Program-made: the position numbers and the translations under genes
The notes under the pieces: model-generated
Told to the model about the DNA's origin: nothing
The model's database searches: none
Seen by the model: the letters and a program-made list of their open reading frames with translations, nothing else
DNA from: a virus
DNA length: 64,000 nt
Direction: 5' to 3' (one strand)
Virus record (IMG/VR): IMGVR_UViG_3300043444_000221
Coordinates: 16,321 to 80,320 of that record
Part shown: one piece after another, positions 55,118-64,000 of the stretch
How the letters are laid out: each line of letters opens with the position of its first letter
Position numbering within the stretch: the stretch's first letter is position 1

Positions 55118-55365
55118 TTCTAGTTATCCTTTCTTTTTATTACTATCTTTTCTTTATGTATTAAGATTAGCAGACAGGTCTGACAAAGTCAAGTCTATTT
55201 GGTGTGATTTATGTAACAATTTGATAACGGGGTAGGGGTGCATCCACACTATATTTTGTTACCTATTTGTTATAAAACATGTATCGTACACTTATTAAAA
55301 ATATTCAGATTTTCTCCAAATCCAAAATTTAAAATTTTTCAGATTTTGCCAGGTATAATAAACAT

Positions 55366-55494
55366 ATGGAAATTAAACGTGATGGAGACACTCCAGTTAA
55401 TGATAGCTGGACTATGAAAATTTTTTCAGATTCTTGCTGCAACGGATGTTCTTGCAAGTCGTCTGATGATCATAAAAAAGAAGACCAAGCCTAA
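55366..55494 (+). CDS. Small Cys-rich peptide (not in track)
   Basis: ...SCCNGCSCKS...; leaderless after TATAAT. Confidence 0.5.
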   Translation: MEIKRDGDTPVNDSWTMKIFSDSCCNGCSCKSSDDHKKEDQA

Positions 55495-55524
55495 ATAGCC
55501 TGGTCTCTTTATTTGAGCGGTATA

Positions 55525-55731
55525 TTAACGATTAGTATTAATATAACCATGCTCTACAAGCAAATCAAATAGCATGCCATTAACATACAGTAGTTGAGGT
55601 CTTTGCTGAGAAAGAGCCTGTTCAACTTGATCGCTTGGAGCATTTTGCTGAATAGCCATTTGACGATTCATATTGTCAATAGCATCTGTCATGAGCTGTA
55701 CAACTTCATCACGTAGCATATCTGTCTCCAT
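55525..55731 (-). CDS. Hypothetical protein
   Basis: 68-aa ORF. Confidence 0.6.
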   Translation of the reverse strand: METDMLRDEVVQLMTDAIDNMNRQMAIQQNAPSDQVEQALSQQRPQLLYVNGMLFDLLVEHGYINTNR

Positions 55732-55823
55732 TTCTACTAGTAGTTTATAAATGATATCACAATTTGGAAGTTAGTGCAATTTGGGACGGTACATAATCAG
55801 CGTAGCTGATCTCAAAATAAGAC

Positions 55824-56033
55824 TTACCAATTACCTACAGGACATTTCGCTTGAAGTAACGTAGTCTTTAAATGCATAAAGCATCCACACTTAGCACATC
55901 TAGCTGACTTAGGTCGAAAGAACTCACATGTCTTGCATATGTCCAAACGTTTCTCTATAAGGTCTTTATCTGAGCGTGGTTTATTAGGGTCAAATAGATC
56001 AGTAAATTTGACATCCCCTGGATTTTCTGCCAT
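55824..56033 (-). CDS. Small Cys-rich protein
   Basis: R..IC..C, C.KCGCFM..K..L..A.CP.G.W. Confidence 0.7.
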   Translation of the reverse strand: MAENPGDVKFTDLFDPNKPRSDKDLIEKRLDICKTCEFFRPKSARCAKCGCFMHLKTTLLQAKCPVGNW

Positions 56034-56072
56034 AATGGTCTATTTTATCATAAAACATGCTATAATTTCAGT

Positions 56073-56765
56073 ATGACAATTCCTAACAGTTCCGTACGCC
56101 AGCTAGCAACTAGCAATGGTGTCACAATTTCTCTAACTTCTGGACCAGACGTTTATCAGCCACTTGCAGAGACAACTCCTGCATGGCCAATTATGAAAAA
56201 TCTAATTGATGCTGCTCCTTCACAAGATGGCCTTGTATTTGGAGACTTTGGAACTGGTACTGGTCAATTTGCTATTTTTGCTAAGTGGACATTCCCTGGA
56301 ATGACTGTTAAGGCATACGACAACGATCCTGCTGTACAGAAGTACGTAGAAGAAAATCTTGTCACACATGCAGAGCTTGCAGCAGATGCTGTAGAACTCA
56401 ATATCATGGATGTTGCAGATATCGATCCAAACACAGAATTCGACTTTATCATCTCAACACCACCATACTATGCAGATGTTATCAAGACACTTCCAAGCAT
56501 TTCACACCCACACATGGAAGATCCAGAGTCTGCAGTATTTGGTGGTTTCAAGGGATTGGAAGTCCAAGCTGTATTTTTGGATAAGGCTGCACAAACTCTT
56601 AAGTCAGGTGGAGCAATTCTAGTTGTTCACGCACGTACTGCTAAGGATGATATTGCAGATATGCTAACACAGCGTGGATTTACAAATCTTTCATACCACC
56701 AGGATGCAAATCCTTCAGAACTTATGCCAATTGTAGATGCTGGTTTCACAGTAGCATACAAGTAA
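56073..56765 (+). CDS. HemK/PrmC-like SAM methyltransferase
   Basis: DFGTGTG..AI, FD.IISTPPY (NPPY-like), DP..A.FGG..GL, L..GG. Confidence 0.7.
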   Translation: MTIPNSSVRQLATSNGVTISLTSGPDVYQPLAETTPAWPIMKNLIDAAPSQDGLVFGDFGTGTGQFAIFAKWTFPGMTVKAYDNDPAVQKYVEENLVTHAELAADAVELNIMDVADIDPNTEFDFIISTPPYYADVIKTLPSISHPHMEDPESAVFGGFKGLEVQAVFLDKAAQTLKSGGAILVVHARTAKDDIADMLTQRGFTNLSYHQDANPSELMPIVDAGFTVAYK

Positions 56766-56937
56766 CCCATAAGTTAGCAATTGCTCACAAGTTATCTTGT
56801 GGGCTTTTTGCTTATTTGGGGATGGTATCTCTATATCACGCCGAACTTGTCCGCTGGACTTAAAAACTATTTTATCGCTTCGCTTTTATCCACAGATTGT
56901 GAATAAGTGTTAAAAAATAAAGTATAATTATACTATC

Positions 56938-57234
56938 ATGACAACCCTTCAAATAACAGAGATGATTATTGCGATTATGGTTTCTATTGGAACCTTTATT
57001 GGATTGTCAGCTGCAGGTGTCCGCTGGCTTGTCAAACATTACTTCAATGATATAAAGCATGAGCTAAAGCCAAATGGTGGATCAAGCTTAAAAGATCAAG
57101 TAAATCGAATGGAAAAGCAGCATCAGGAATTTAAAAACAGACTAGATGAAGCTGACTTGATGCGTAGAGATATGAATAAAAAAGTAGACAAGATGTATGA
57201 TCTACTTTTGGACTATATTGCTAATAAGAAGTAA
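56938..57234 (+). CDS. Membrane protein with coiled coil
   Basis: TM segment, ELKPNGGSSLKDQVNR. Confidence 0.7.
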   Translation: MTTLQITEMIIAIMVSIGTFIGLSAAGVRWLVKHYFNDIKHELKPNGGSSLKDQVNRMEKQHQEFKNRLDEADLMRRDMNKKVDKMYDLLLDYIANKK

Positions 57235-57320
57235 TATATAATATATATAATATATATAAATATAAAGATATAAGATATATTCTACTTAGAGATATTATTT
57301 AATATTTAATATATATAATA
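57232..57320. repeat. Extremely AT-rich low-complexity tract
   Basis: TAATATATA repeats, non-coding. Confidence 0.75.
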
Positions 57321-57430
57321 GTCTACCACAGAGTTCTATTCTTTGAGGCCAAAATTGATAAAATCTTTATAACATTTTTATAACTCTTTTTCAAAAAGTC
57401 CTTTTTGTACAATTATGATATAATTTATAT

Positions 57431-57488
57431 GGCTAGTATCCAGGTCTGTCTCTCATACCCACCATGCCTGGATACTAGTCCTTTTTTT
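57431..57488 (+). ncRNA. Putative small hairpin RNA
   Basis: TATAAT at 57419, 14-bp stem, pyrimidine-rich loop, T7 tail. Confidence 0.4.
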
Positions 57489-57515
57489 CATTTTATGATG
57501 TATAATTGTTATACT

Positions 57516-57905
57516 ATGGCATCACTTTATGAACCCTCAACCTTTGGCTCAGACCCAGCCATTATTAAGTGGCAGGTCGTCCGTGGCGATACCGCCCAAG
57601 TTCGCATAGAATTTGTAGAAGTGGATGAGACCACTCCAATAGACACTTCTACTTGGACATATATTGCCAGTGCATATGATCCAAGGCTTGATACAATAGA
57701 TGAGCTTGATGTCACGCCAGGCAATGGTTTTGTGGTTGTTACAGCACCTGCAAATACTACAAAGCTATGGGGTGCAGGATACGGTTCTGTTATTGCCGAA
57801 CTTTTGTTCGATCTTCAGGTAACAAAACAGGACGGAACCATTTGGACACCAGTACTTGGAAACATTGTGGTTCTTGGTGATGTCACATACGGAGGAAGTT
57901 TATGA
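57516..57905 (+). CDS. Virion baseplate/adaptor-like protein
   Basis: W.VVRGDT, FDLQV; paralogous to 58615..58986 and 62505..62906. Confidence 0.6.
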   Translation: MASLYEPSTFGSDPAIIKWQVVRGDTAQVRIEFVEVDETTPIDTSTWTYIASAYDPRLDTIDELDVTPGNGFVVVTAPANTTKLWGAGYGSVIAELLFDLQVTKQDGTIWTPVLGNIVVLGDVTYGGSL

Positions 57906-58615
57906 CAGTAATTAAGATTGTCCCTATGCCAGGAAGTCCAGGGCCACAGGGAGTACGTGGAGAACGTGGTTTGCAAGGCGAACCAGGCCCTAATGGACTT
58001 GCAGGTGCATCTGCATATCAGATAGCTGTTGGTAATGGCTATTCTGGCTCAGAGGCTCAGTGGTTGGCATCTCTTGTTGGCCCAAAGGGTGATAAAGGAG
58101 ATACTGGAACTCCTGGACAAAATGGACAAAACGGATTAACTGGTGCATCAGCGTATCAGGTAGCGATTTCAAATGGATTCTCTGGATCAGAGCAGCAGTG
58201 GCTTGACTCACTTAAAGCAAGCCAAACATCTGGAACATATACACCAGTTCTGTCTGGTACTGGACTAACCATTACAAATAATCAGGCAACTGGTCATTAC
58301 ACAGTAATCAATAACATTGTTTTCTTTAGAATAAGAGTTCCACTAACATATGCCTCTAATTTTGGAACTGGTTCTTACAGCCTCACTCTTCCATTTGCTC
58401 CAGCAGCAGACTTCATTGTCCGTGATGGAGTTATTAATGATGCTTCAGCAGCTGTTAAATATACCCTCAGCCTACATGGAACCGCATCTAGCACAACCGC
58501 AAGCTTGAAATATACAGCAGGAAGCCAGTTCTTTGATGTTGACTACAACTCACCATTTGTCTTGGCTACAGCAGATAGTTTTGTTATTAGTGGCACATAC
58601 GAGAGGCAGGCATAA
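57902..58615 (+). CDS. Collagen-like fibre protein
   Basis: Gly-X-Y runs alternating with SAYQ.A...G..GSE.QWL.SL repeats. Confidence 0.8.
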   Translation: MTVIKIVPMPGSPGPQGVRGERGLQGEPGPNGLAGASAYQIAVGNGYSGSEAQWLASLVGPKGDKGDTGTPGQNGQNGLTGASAYQVAISNGFSGSEQQWLDSLKASQTSGTYTPVLSGTGLTITNNQATGHYTVINNIVFFRIRVPLTYASNFGTGSYSLTLPFAPAADFIVRDGVINDASAAVKYTLSLHGTASSTTASLKYTAGSQFFDVDYNSPFVLATADSFVISGTYERQA

Positions 58616-60692
58616 TGGCATATCCAGCAACATACGACATTAAATACTATAGAGGAGACACGCTAGAATTTCGTGTATTTCCTAAAAATGCATCAGGAGC
58701 AGCTTTTGATTTGAGCACATTCAATAATGCAAAGTTTACAATTGCAGATGCAAGAGGAGATGGGGCAACAAGACTGAATGGTTTTGCAGAAATTAGAACT
58801 GACTCTGTAAATAACCTGTCTTATATTGTTTGTGCCATTCTTCCAGGTCTTGGAACGCAACTAGATCCTAATGTTCAGTATGTTTATGATGTTGAGGTAA
58901 GCAAGAATGCAACGCCTTATCCATATGTTTATACTTTGGTTACTGGAACTATATCGGTAACAGATCATGTAAGCGGTGCAATCTAGTATGACTGATATCG
59001 TTAGCACAATCTCTTCAATTGACCTAAACGTACTTGGTGGTCCAACTACAATAGAATTGGCAGTTGATTATGGACAGCGTGGAGATCGTGGAAGTTTGAT
59101 TCTTTATGGTCAGGGGAAGCCAGCTTTGGTGTCTTTACCAACTGCCCCAGCAGTTTATGACATGTATGTAAATCTGCTACCATCTGACGATGAATATCAG
59201 TGGGTATATCAGTACATCTCTCAGCCATCTGGCTATGGATGGAAGGCTCTTTTTAAGCTAAACCCAAACACATATAGTGGCAATAAAACACTCACTTTTA
59301 TAAACGGATCAACAGAGGTATGGATTCCAATTGTTTCTATTACTGGCGGAGATATCGTTACATCAAGCATTACATCTGGTAGCTTTAATGTTCAGCACAG
59401 TGTAATTGCACAAAATCCAGTAGCTTCATCAGTTTCTGTTGGAGATATAGCATTGTCGCCAGATGAGATTCTGGCACTGCCAATAACAATTAAGGCAGCA
59501 GAGTTTGTGAGTGGCGAATGGGCACTACTCTCTGGAGAAAAGCAAGTACACCTATTCATTACTATGGTATAATTTTGAGAGGGTGAAAAATGGCTGCACA
59601 AAATATTGACGGTACCGCTAATGGTACTGGTATCTATAATACAAAAGTTCCAGGATACGAAGATCCTGCAGATATTCAGGCTGCTCTAAAGCTATTCCTT
59701 TATGGAGATGCTAACTTTAACGCAACTGATCCTGCAAATGCAGTAAACCTTCCAACACACTCTATAGCTAGATATATGAAGGCTATGCAGGATGAGATTG
59801 ATGCACTTCAGTCAATTGGAATTGGGTCGTATTATGGATCTGAACCATCTTCACCACTACTTGGACATGTCTGGATGTCTTCAGAAAACGTAACGCTTGT
59901 TCCAACTGCAGCTGTTGCAATCTACCAGGGAACAGAACCAACATCTGGACTTACTAATGGACTGCTATGGATTGACTCTAGTGGTGCAACGCCTACACTA
60001 AAGGTCTATGATGGATCTACACATACATGGAAGGTGGTTGGATAATGGCAGATATTAATTCAGAAGCAAAAGTAGCTTATATTTTTGATGGAACAACTTG
60101 GAGACCAATTGCTGGTGCTGGAACGGTTAATCCATCTGCAGATTATCAGTGGACTGGAGATCATTCATATTCTTCATCTTCCACTGTAACATTTGAAACT
60201 GTTGTAAAGAATAAAGCAGGTATTAATAATTTTTCAAATCCATCAGCTAGAGATGCTGCACTACCAAATCCAGTTACTGGGCTTGTAGCTTTTGTTGCAC
60301 AGGCTGCAGATGGCTCAACAATCAACGACATTCAGTTTTATGATGGTACAAGATGGAGATCATCTAATGACTCTGCAATTTTGACTGTGCCAAATGTATC
60401 AGCTAATGGATATACACTTGTTCCAGCAGATGCTGGCAACAGCCTTAGAGTTTCTGAATCAACTGGAACAACTATTTATATCCCAGAAAATGCATCAAAC
60501 TCATTCAAGATTGGCCAAAAGGTTGAAATTTTAAGAATGGGAACTGGTGATGTTCTTATTGCACCACTAACTGGAAATGTAACTCTTAATAGTAAGAATG
60601 GCAATAGAAAGATTGCATCACAGTATTCTGGTGCTGTTCTTACAAAAATTGATACAAATTCTTGGCTACTTATTGGTGATTTGACGGCTTAG
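58615..60692 (+). CDS. Four putative virion structural genes (58615..58986, 58988..59572, 59590..60045, 60045..60692)
   Basis: Beta-rich, coupled ORFs; fibre-type motifs such as YDGT.W and W.L.GDL. Confidence 0.65.
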
Positions 60693-60700
60693 GGGTATAG

Positions 60701-61183
60701 ATGCTAGGTTCATTTGGTTTATGGGCATCTTCCAAGGGTATGAAAACAGTTTCAAACCTTGTTGGGATGACTCGTACCGCTGCTAAAGCACAGATTGTAG
60801 CAGATGGACTTGTAGTAGGAACAGAAACTCCTCAGCAATTTACAAACTCTGCAGATGAATCAAAACACGACAAGATTGTTGATCAAACACCTGATGCAGG
60901 AGTGCAGGCTCAGTATGAATCTCCAGTAGATATCGTTTATGGAGTATTCAGCTTTAGCGTATTCGGTGTTTTTGGATTTGTTCCAGCATTCGGTGTTTTT
61001 GGATTTACACCAACATTTAACGTATTCAGCTTTACTGTATTTAACGTATTCAGCTTCGTTCCATTTTCAGTATTTGGCTTTTCATTCTCTGTATTTACAT
61101 TTACGCCAACATTTGCTGTGTTTGGATTCTCATTTAGCGTATTTAGCTTTACCCCAACATTTGCTGTATTTGGTTTTAGATAG
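60701..61183 (+). CDS. PASTA-like domain plus Phe-rich repeat tail
   Basis: V.NLVGMT...A...I...GL.VG, I..Q.P.AG; then about 12 FxVFxF units. Confidence 0.7.
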   Translation: MLGSFGLWASSKGMKTVSNLVGMTRTAAKAQIVADGLVVGTETPQQFTNSADESKHDKIVDQTPDAGVQAQYESPVDIVYGVFSFSVFGVFGFVPAFGVFGFTPTFNVFSFTVFNVFSFVPFSVFGFSFSVFTFTPTFAVFGFSFSVFSFTPTFAVFGFR

Positions 61184-61736
61184 AATCAATATACCTAACA
61201 TAAGATATTTCGCTATATGATCCGCCAAATCTTTTAATGTCATCAATTGACGTTCTTTTGCCAGGTGCAGGAGAATGAATCATTTTACCATCACCAATGT
61301 AAATTCCAACATGGTAAGCCTTTTTACTATTTTCATAGTGGAATGCAACTATGTCTCCAATATTTGGCTCAGAAACTTTTTGACCACCCAAAGCTTGTGC
61401 TGTGGCACTATGTTCTAGGCTTACTCCTAGCTGTTCATAAAACCACATTGTAAGTCCAGAACAGTCCCACCCAGATGGTGTATGTCCAGAAAAAACATAC
61501 CAAGTTTTATTGACATGGTTTCTTAGCTTAGATAGTGCAGCCTCAACTTCCTTTGACTTTTGAAGTTTTTTGTATTGCTCAATGCTATGCTCTAGTAGAA
61601 GTTGTGCTTTTACAGAATCATAGTTGCTGTTGTATTGGAAGGTGACCTGATCTTCAGCATTTGCTGGGGTAACTGAAGTTGTCAATATAAGTAATGTGGA
61701 TGTGGCAAAGCCAACAATTTTAATAGCCTTTTTCAT
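61176..61736 (-). CDS. Secreted NlpC/P60 peptidase
   Basis: Signal peptide, GWDCSGL, GD.V.F, HVGIYIGDGKMIHSP; AAGGAGG RBS. Confidence 0.9.
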   Translation of the reverse strand: MKKAIKIVGFATSTLLILTTSVTPANAEDQVTFQYNSNYDSVKAQLLLEHSIEQYKKLQKSKEVEAALSKLRNHVNKTWYVFSGHTPSGWDCSGLTMWFYEQLGVSLEHSATAQALGGQKVSEPNIGDIVAFHYENSKKAYHVGIYIGDGKMIHSPAPGKRTSIDDIKRFGGSYSEISYVRYIDSI

Positions 61737-61972
61737 AAGACTACCTCCTTATTTTTTATGTTGTTACGACCTCTGTCACAGGTCCTGGCAGACAGTATTC
61801 TTTACAGCGATAGCCTTGAATATCATTGTCTATAGTCTCTCACGATTTTCACTTTGTTGTCACTCTGTTTGATCATTTTTGCCTATATGAACAAAAAGTA
61901 CCCCGAAAGGTACCATTTGATTATAACATGTTTTTGACCTTTTTTCAACAACAAGTCTGGTATACTATTCTT

Positions 61973-63642
61973 ATGGCAACTGGAAGATCCACAAACTATA
62001 ACCTACCTTTCCCATTAGCAGTAGACGCTGTGAATGTTCACGGAGATATAAAGAGTCTAACTGAAAGGCTAGATGCTGTATTGCCACAGGCATCATATGT
62101 GGATATCCCAGTCACTAACGTCTCATCTGAGGCAATTCCTGCAGGATATCCAGTTACAATTACTGGACATGATGGCACAAATGTCTTGGTAGCTAAAGCT
62201 ACAGCATCTACCACAACATCAATTCTTGGTCTTGCCAGAAATGATATAGCTATTTCTTCAAATGGCGTTGTAGTGGTTGCTGGTGTAATTAATGGAATCA
62301 ACACAACATCTTATTCACCAGGGGCTATTCTTTATGTTGCTCAAAATGGTGGTTTGACCGCAAACGTAGATGGAACACAGGGCACCGCAATTGCAACTGT
62401 TGTTTCTCCAGCAGTCAATGGAATAATCATTGTTGGATCTAAGTCAAATGCTACATGGGGATCACTTAAAGCTGGTCTTTCATAATTAATGATATAATAA
62501 AACTATGGCCGTTCTTCGTACAACAACTACTACTTCAACTCAGGCAGTAAATGATGCTGGTGAGATTGAGGTAGGTGCTACCCCACCAGTTATTAGATGG
62601 ACGGTAGTAAAGGGTGACTATGCATCTTTTAGGTGCTATGTAGAAGATGATAGCGGAACACCGATTGTTCCAGGTGACTATGTTATTAAGGCAGACTTTA
62701 GACGTGGTACAGAAAAGCTATTTCATGTAACCCCAACACAAACAGAGTTTGATAATGCTGGAGAGTTCACAGTAGTTCTTTTGCCAGCTCAGTGCAAGCA
62801 ACTGCAGACTGGTGATGTTTTTGACGTTCAGCTCTCCGATGCTGTCGTAGTTTGGACGGTATGCCGTGGAATTATGACTGTAATCGCAGAGGTAACTGAT
62901 CGATAATGGCAAAAACAACAATATCTGAATATCAGTCAAACCTATTTCTTATACAAAAAACAATAAACCCCATTGCAGAGGTAGATGGAATATATCCTGC
63001 TAATTTTGTTAATGCTAAAAATGTAAACTATGTATCAAGAATAGATGTTGTAGAACATCTTCCATTTAGGATTAGATTTTCTGCAATTGGGCTTGATACA
63101 TACGATAGAGGAAATCCTGCAGCGATTGGTATTGCTGTCATTGGATACAGTAACTACATTCTTTAAAATGCTTAAATATACTGTATAATATAAGCATGGC
63201 TAGAACTACAATCCCTGCACTTAAAACACTTTTTGAGACTGGAGATCGTCCATCTCAGAGTGACTATGAAGCATTAATTGATACCGCCAGCTCACAGGCA
63301 ACCGATCTTGGCTCATTTGGAAACAATGAGAACACGATCACTGGAATCGAAAGCTCAACCGTTGTTGATACTTTTGATGCAACTGCATGGAGAATGGTAA
63401 AGTATCTTGTTTCAATTTCTAAGGTAACAAATGGGGATAATAAGTTCTATGCAACAGAGTTGACCGTTCTTTGTGATGCTGATAATATCAGTGTTACAGA
63501 ATACGGAACAATTGACAATGATGGGAATATGGGCACCGTTAGCGTCTCTCGCACTGGAAGTACAGTTAGTTTAGTTGTAACTCCAGATGCAATAATTCGA
63601 CCTGTGACTGTACGTTTCGCACGTATGGGTCTTAAGGCGTAA
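61973..63642 (+). CDS. Putative virion proteins (61973..62485, 62505..62906, 62906..63166, 63196..63642)
   Basis: Leaderless or coupled ORFs; LK..FETGDRP...D...LID motif. Confidence 0.65.
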
Positions 63643-63660
63643 TATACAAGGAGATAAAAC

Positions 63661-64000
63661 ATGGCAACAGTCACAAAAGACTTTAAGGTAAAAGCTGGTC
63701 TGATTGTTGAAGGTGCAACCGCAACCGTCAATAACCACGACATTCTTACCAAGAAGCAAGACGACCAAGACTACATTGTCAACCTTATTGGTGGTACAGC
63801 AACCTCAGCAAATACTCCAAATACCGTTGTAAAGCGTGATGGAAGTGGAGATTTTTCAGCAGGAACTGTAACCGCAGATTTGGTTGGTGACGTAACTGGT
63901 AACGTAGTAGGAAACGTAACTGGTGATGTAACTGGTACAGTTTCAAGCTTGGCAAATCACGATACAGATGATCTTGCAGAGGGTGCAAACCTTTACTTCA
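63661..64000 (+). CDS. 3'-partial tail-fibre-like protein (not in track)
   Basis: GGAG RBS; MATVTKDFKVKAGL...VKRD.SG.FSAG, GNVTG repeats, TDDLAEG.NLYF; open to window end. Confidence 0.75.
   Translation, partial: MATVTKDFKVKAGLIVEGATATVNNHDILTKKQDDQDYIVNLIGGTATSANTPNTVVKRDGSGDFSAGTVTADLVGDVTGNVVGNVTGDVTGTVSSLANHDTDDLAEGANLYF

Larger units (their letters stand above)
46780..55192 (-). promoter_or_regulatory. Twelve dispersed TGTC(AG/GT)-N10-(T/C)AnnnT promoters
   Basis: Near 46780, 48069, 49221, 50151, 50425, 50519, 52544, 52876, 53241, 53869, 54436, 55164. Confidence 0.8.

Noticed and set aside
42575-55350. CRISPR array or integron cassette array
   Set aside because: Repeats are short, degenerate and irregularly spaced; no cas gene, integrase or attC-like hairpins
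61737-61915. c-di-AMP (ydaO) riboswitch upstream of NlpC/P60
   Set aside because: The context fits, but I could not find the conserved ydaO core by eye

Overview
This 64-kb window is a segment of a large, AT-rich, apparently lytic tailed phage. The host is inferred to be an actinobacterium, from WhiB, class Ib nrdHIEF, ThyX, an MSMEG_6728-like glycosylase, SigA-type promoters and many leaderless genes. No integrase, CRISPR or rRNA was seen. Layout: (1) 1-42.5 kb, mostly + strand accessory genes. These cover ribonucleotide reductase, surface proteins, six tRNAs (including Ile-UAU and Arg-UCU) with structured spacers, a glycosylation toolkit (three prolyl-hydroxylase-like oxygenases, up to four GT60-like transferases, GT8, NDP-sugar enzymes, carbamoyltransferase), cell-wall hydrolases and chaperones. 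(2) 42.5-43.4 kb, an origin-like region with iterons and five DnaA boxes. (3) 43-55.3 kb, a - strand block of small ORFs, probably early genes. Its intergenic spacers are built from recurring motifs: PafBC/RecA-NDp-type promoters, MtrA-like, WhiA-like, CRP and DnaA boxes, TTGACA-N15/16-GTCGAC elements, and a covarying RNA pseudoknot just after stop codons. (4) 57.5-64 kb, virion tail/baseplate/fibre genes. The best candidates for undescribed systems are the host-regulator motif array with DNA-damage-type promoters, the post-stop pseudoknot family, and a hydroxyproline-glycosylation pathway. All product calls rest on motif recognition by eye; no searches were run.
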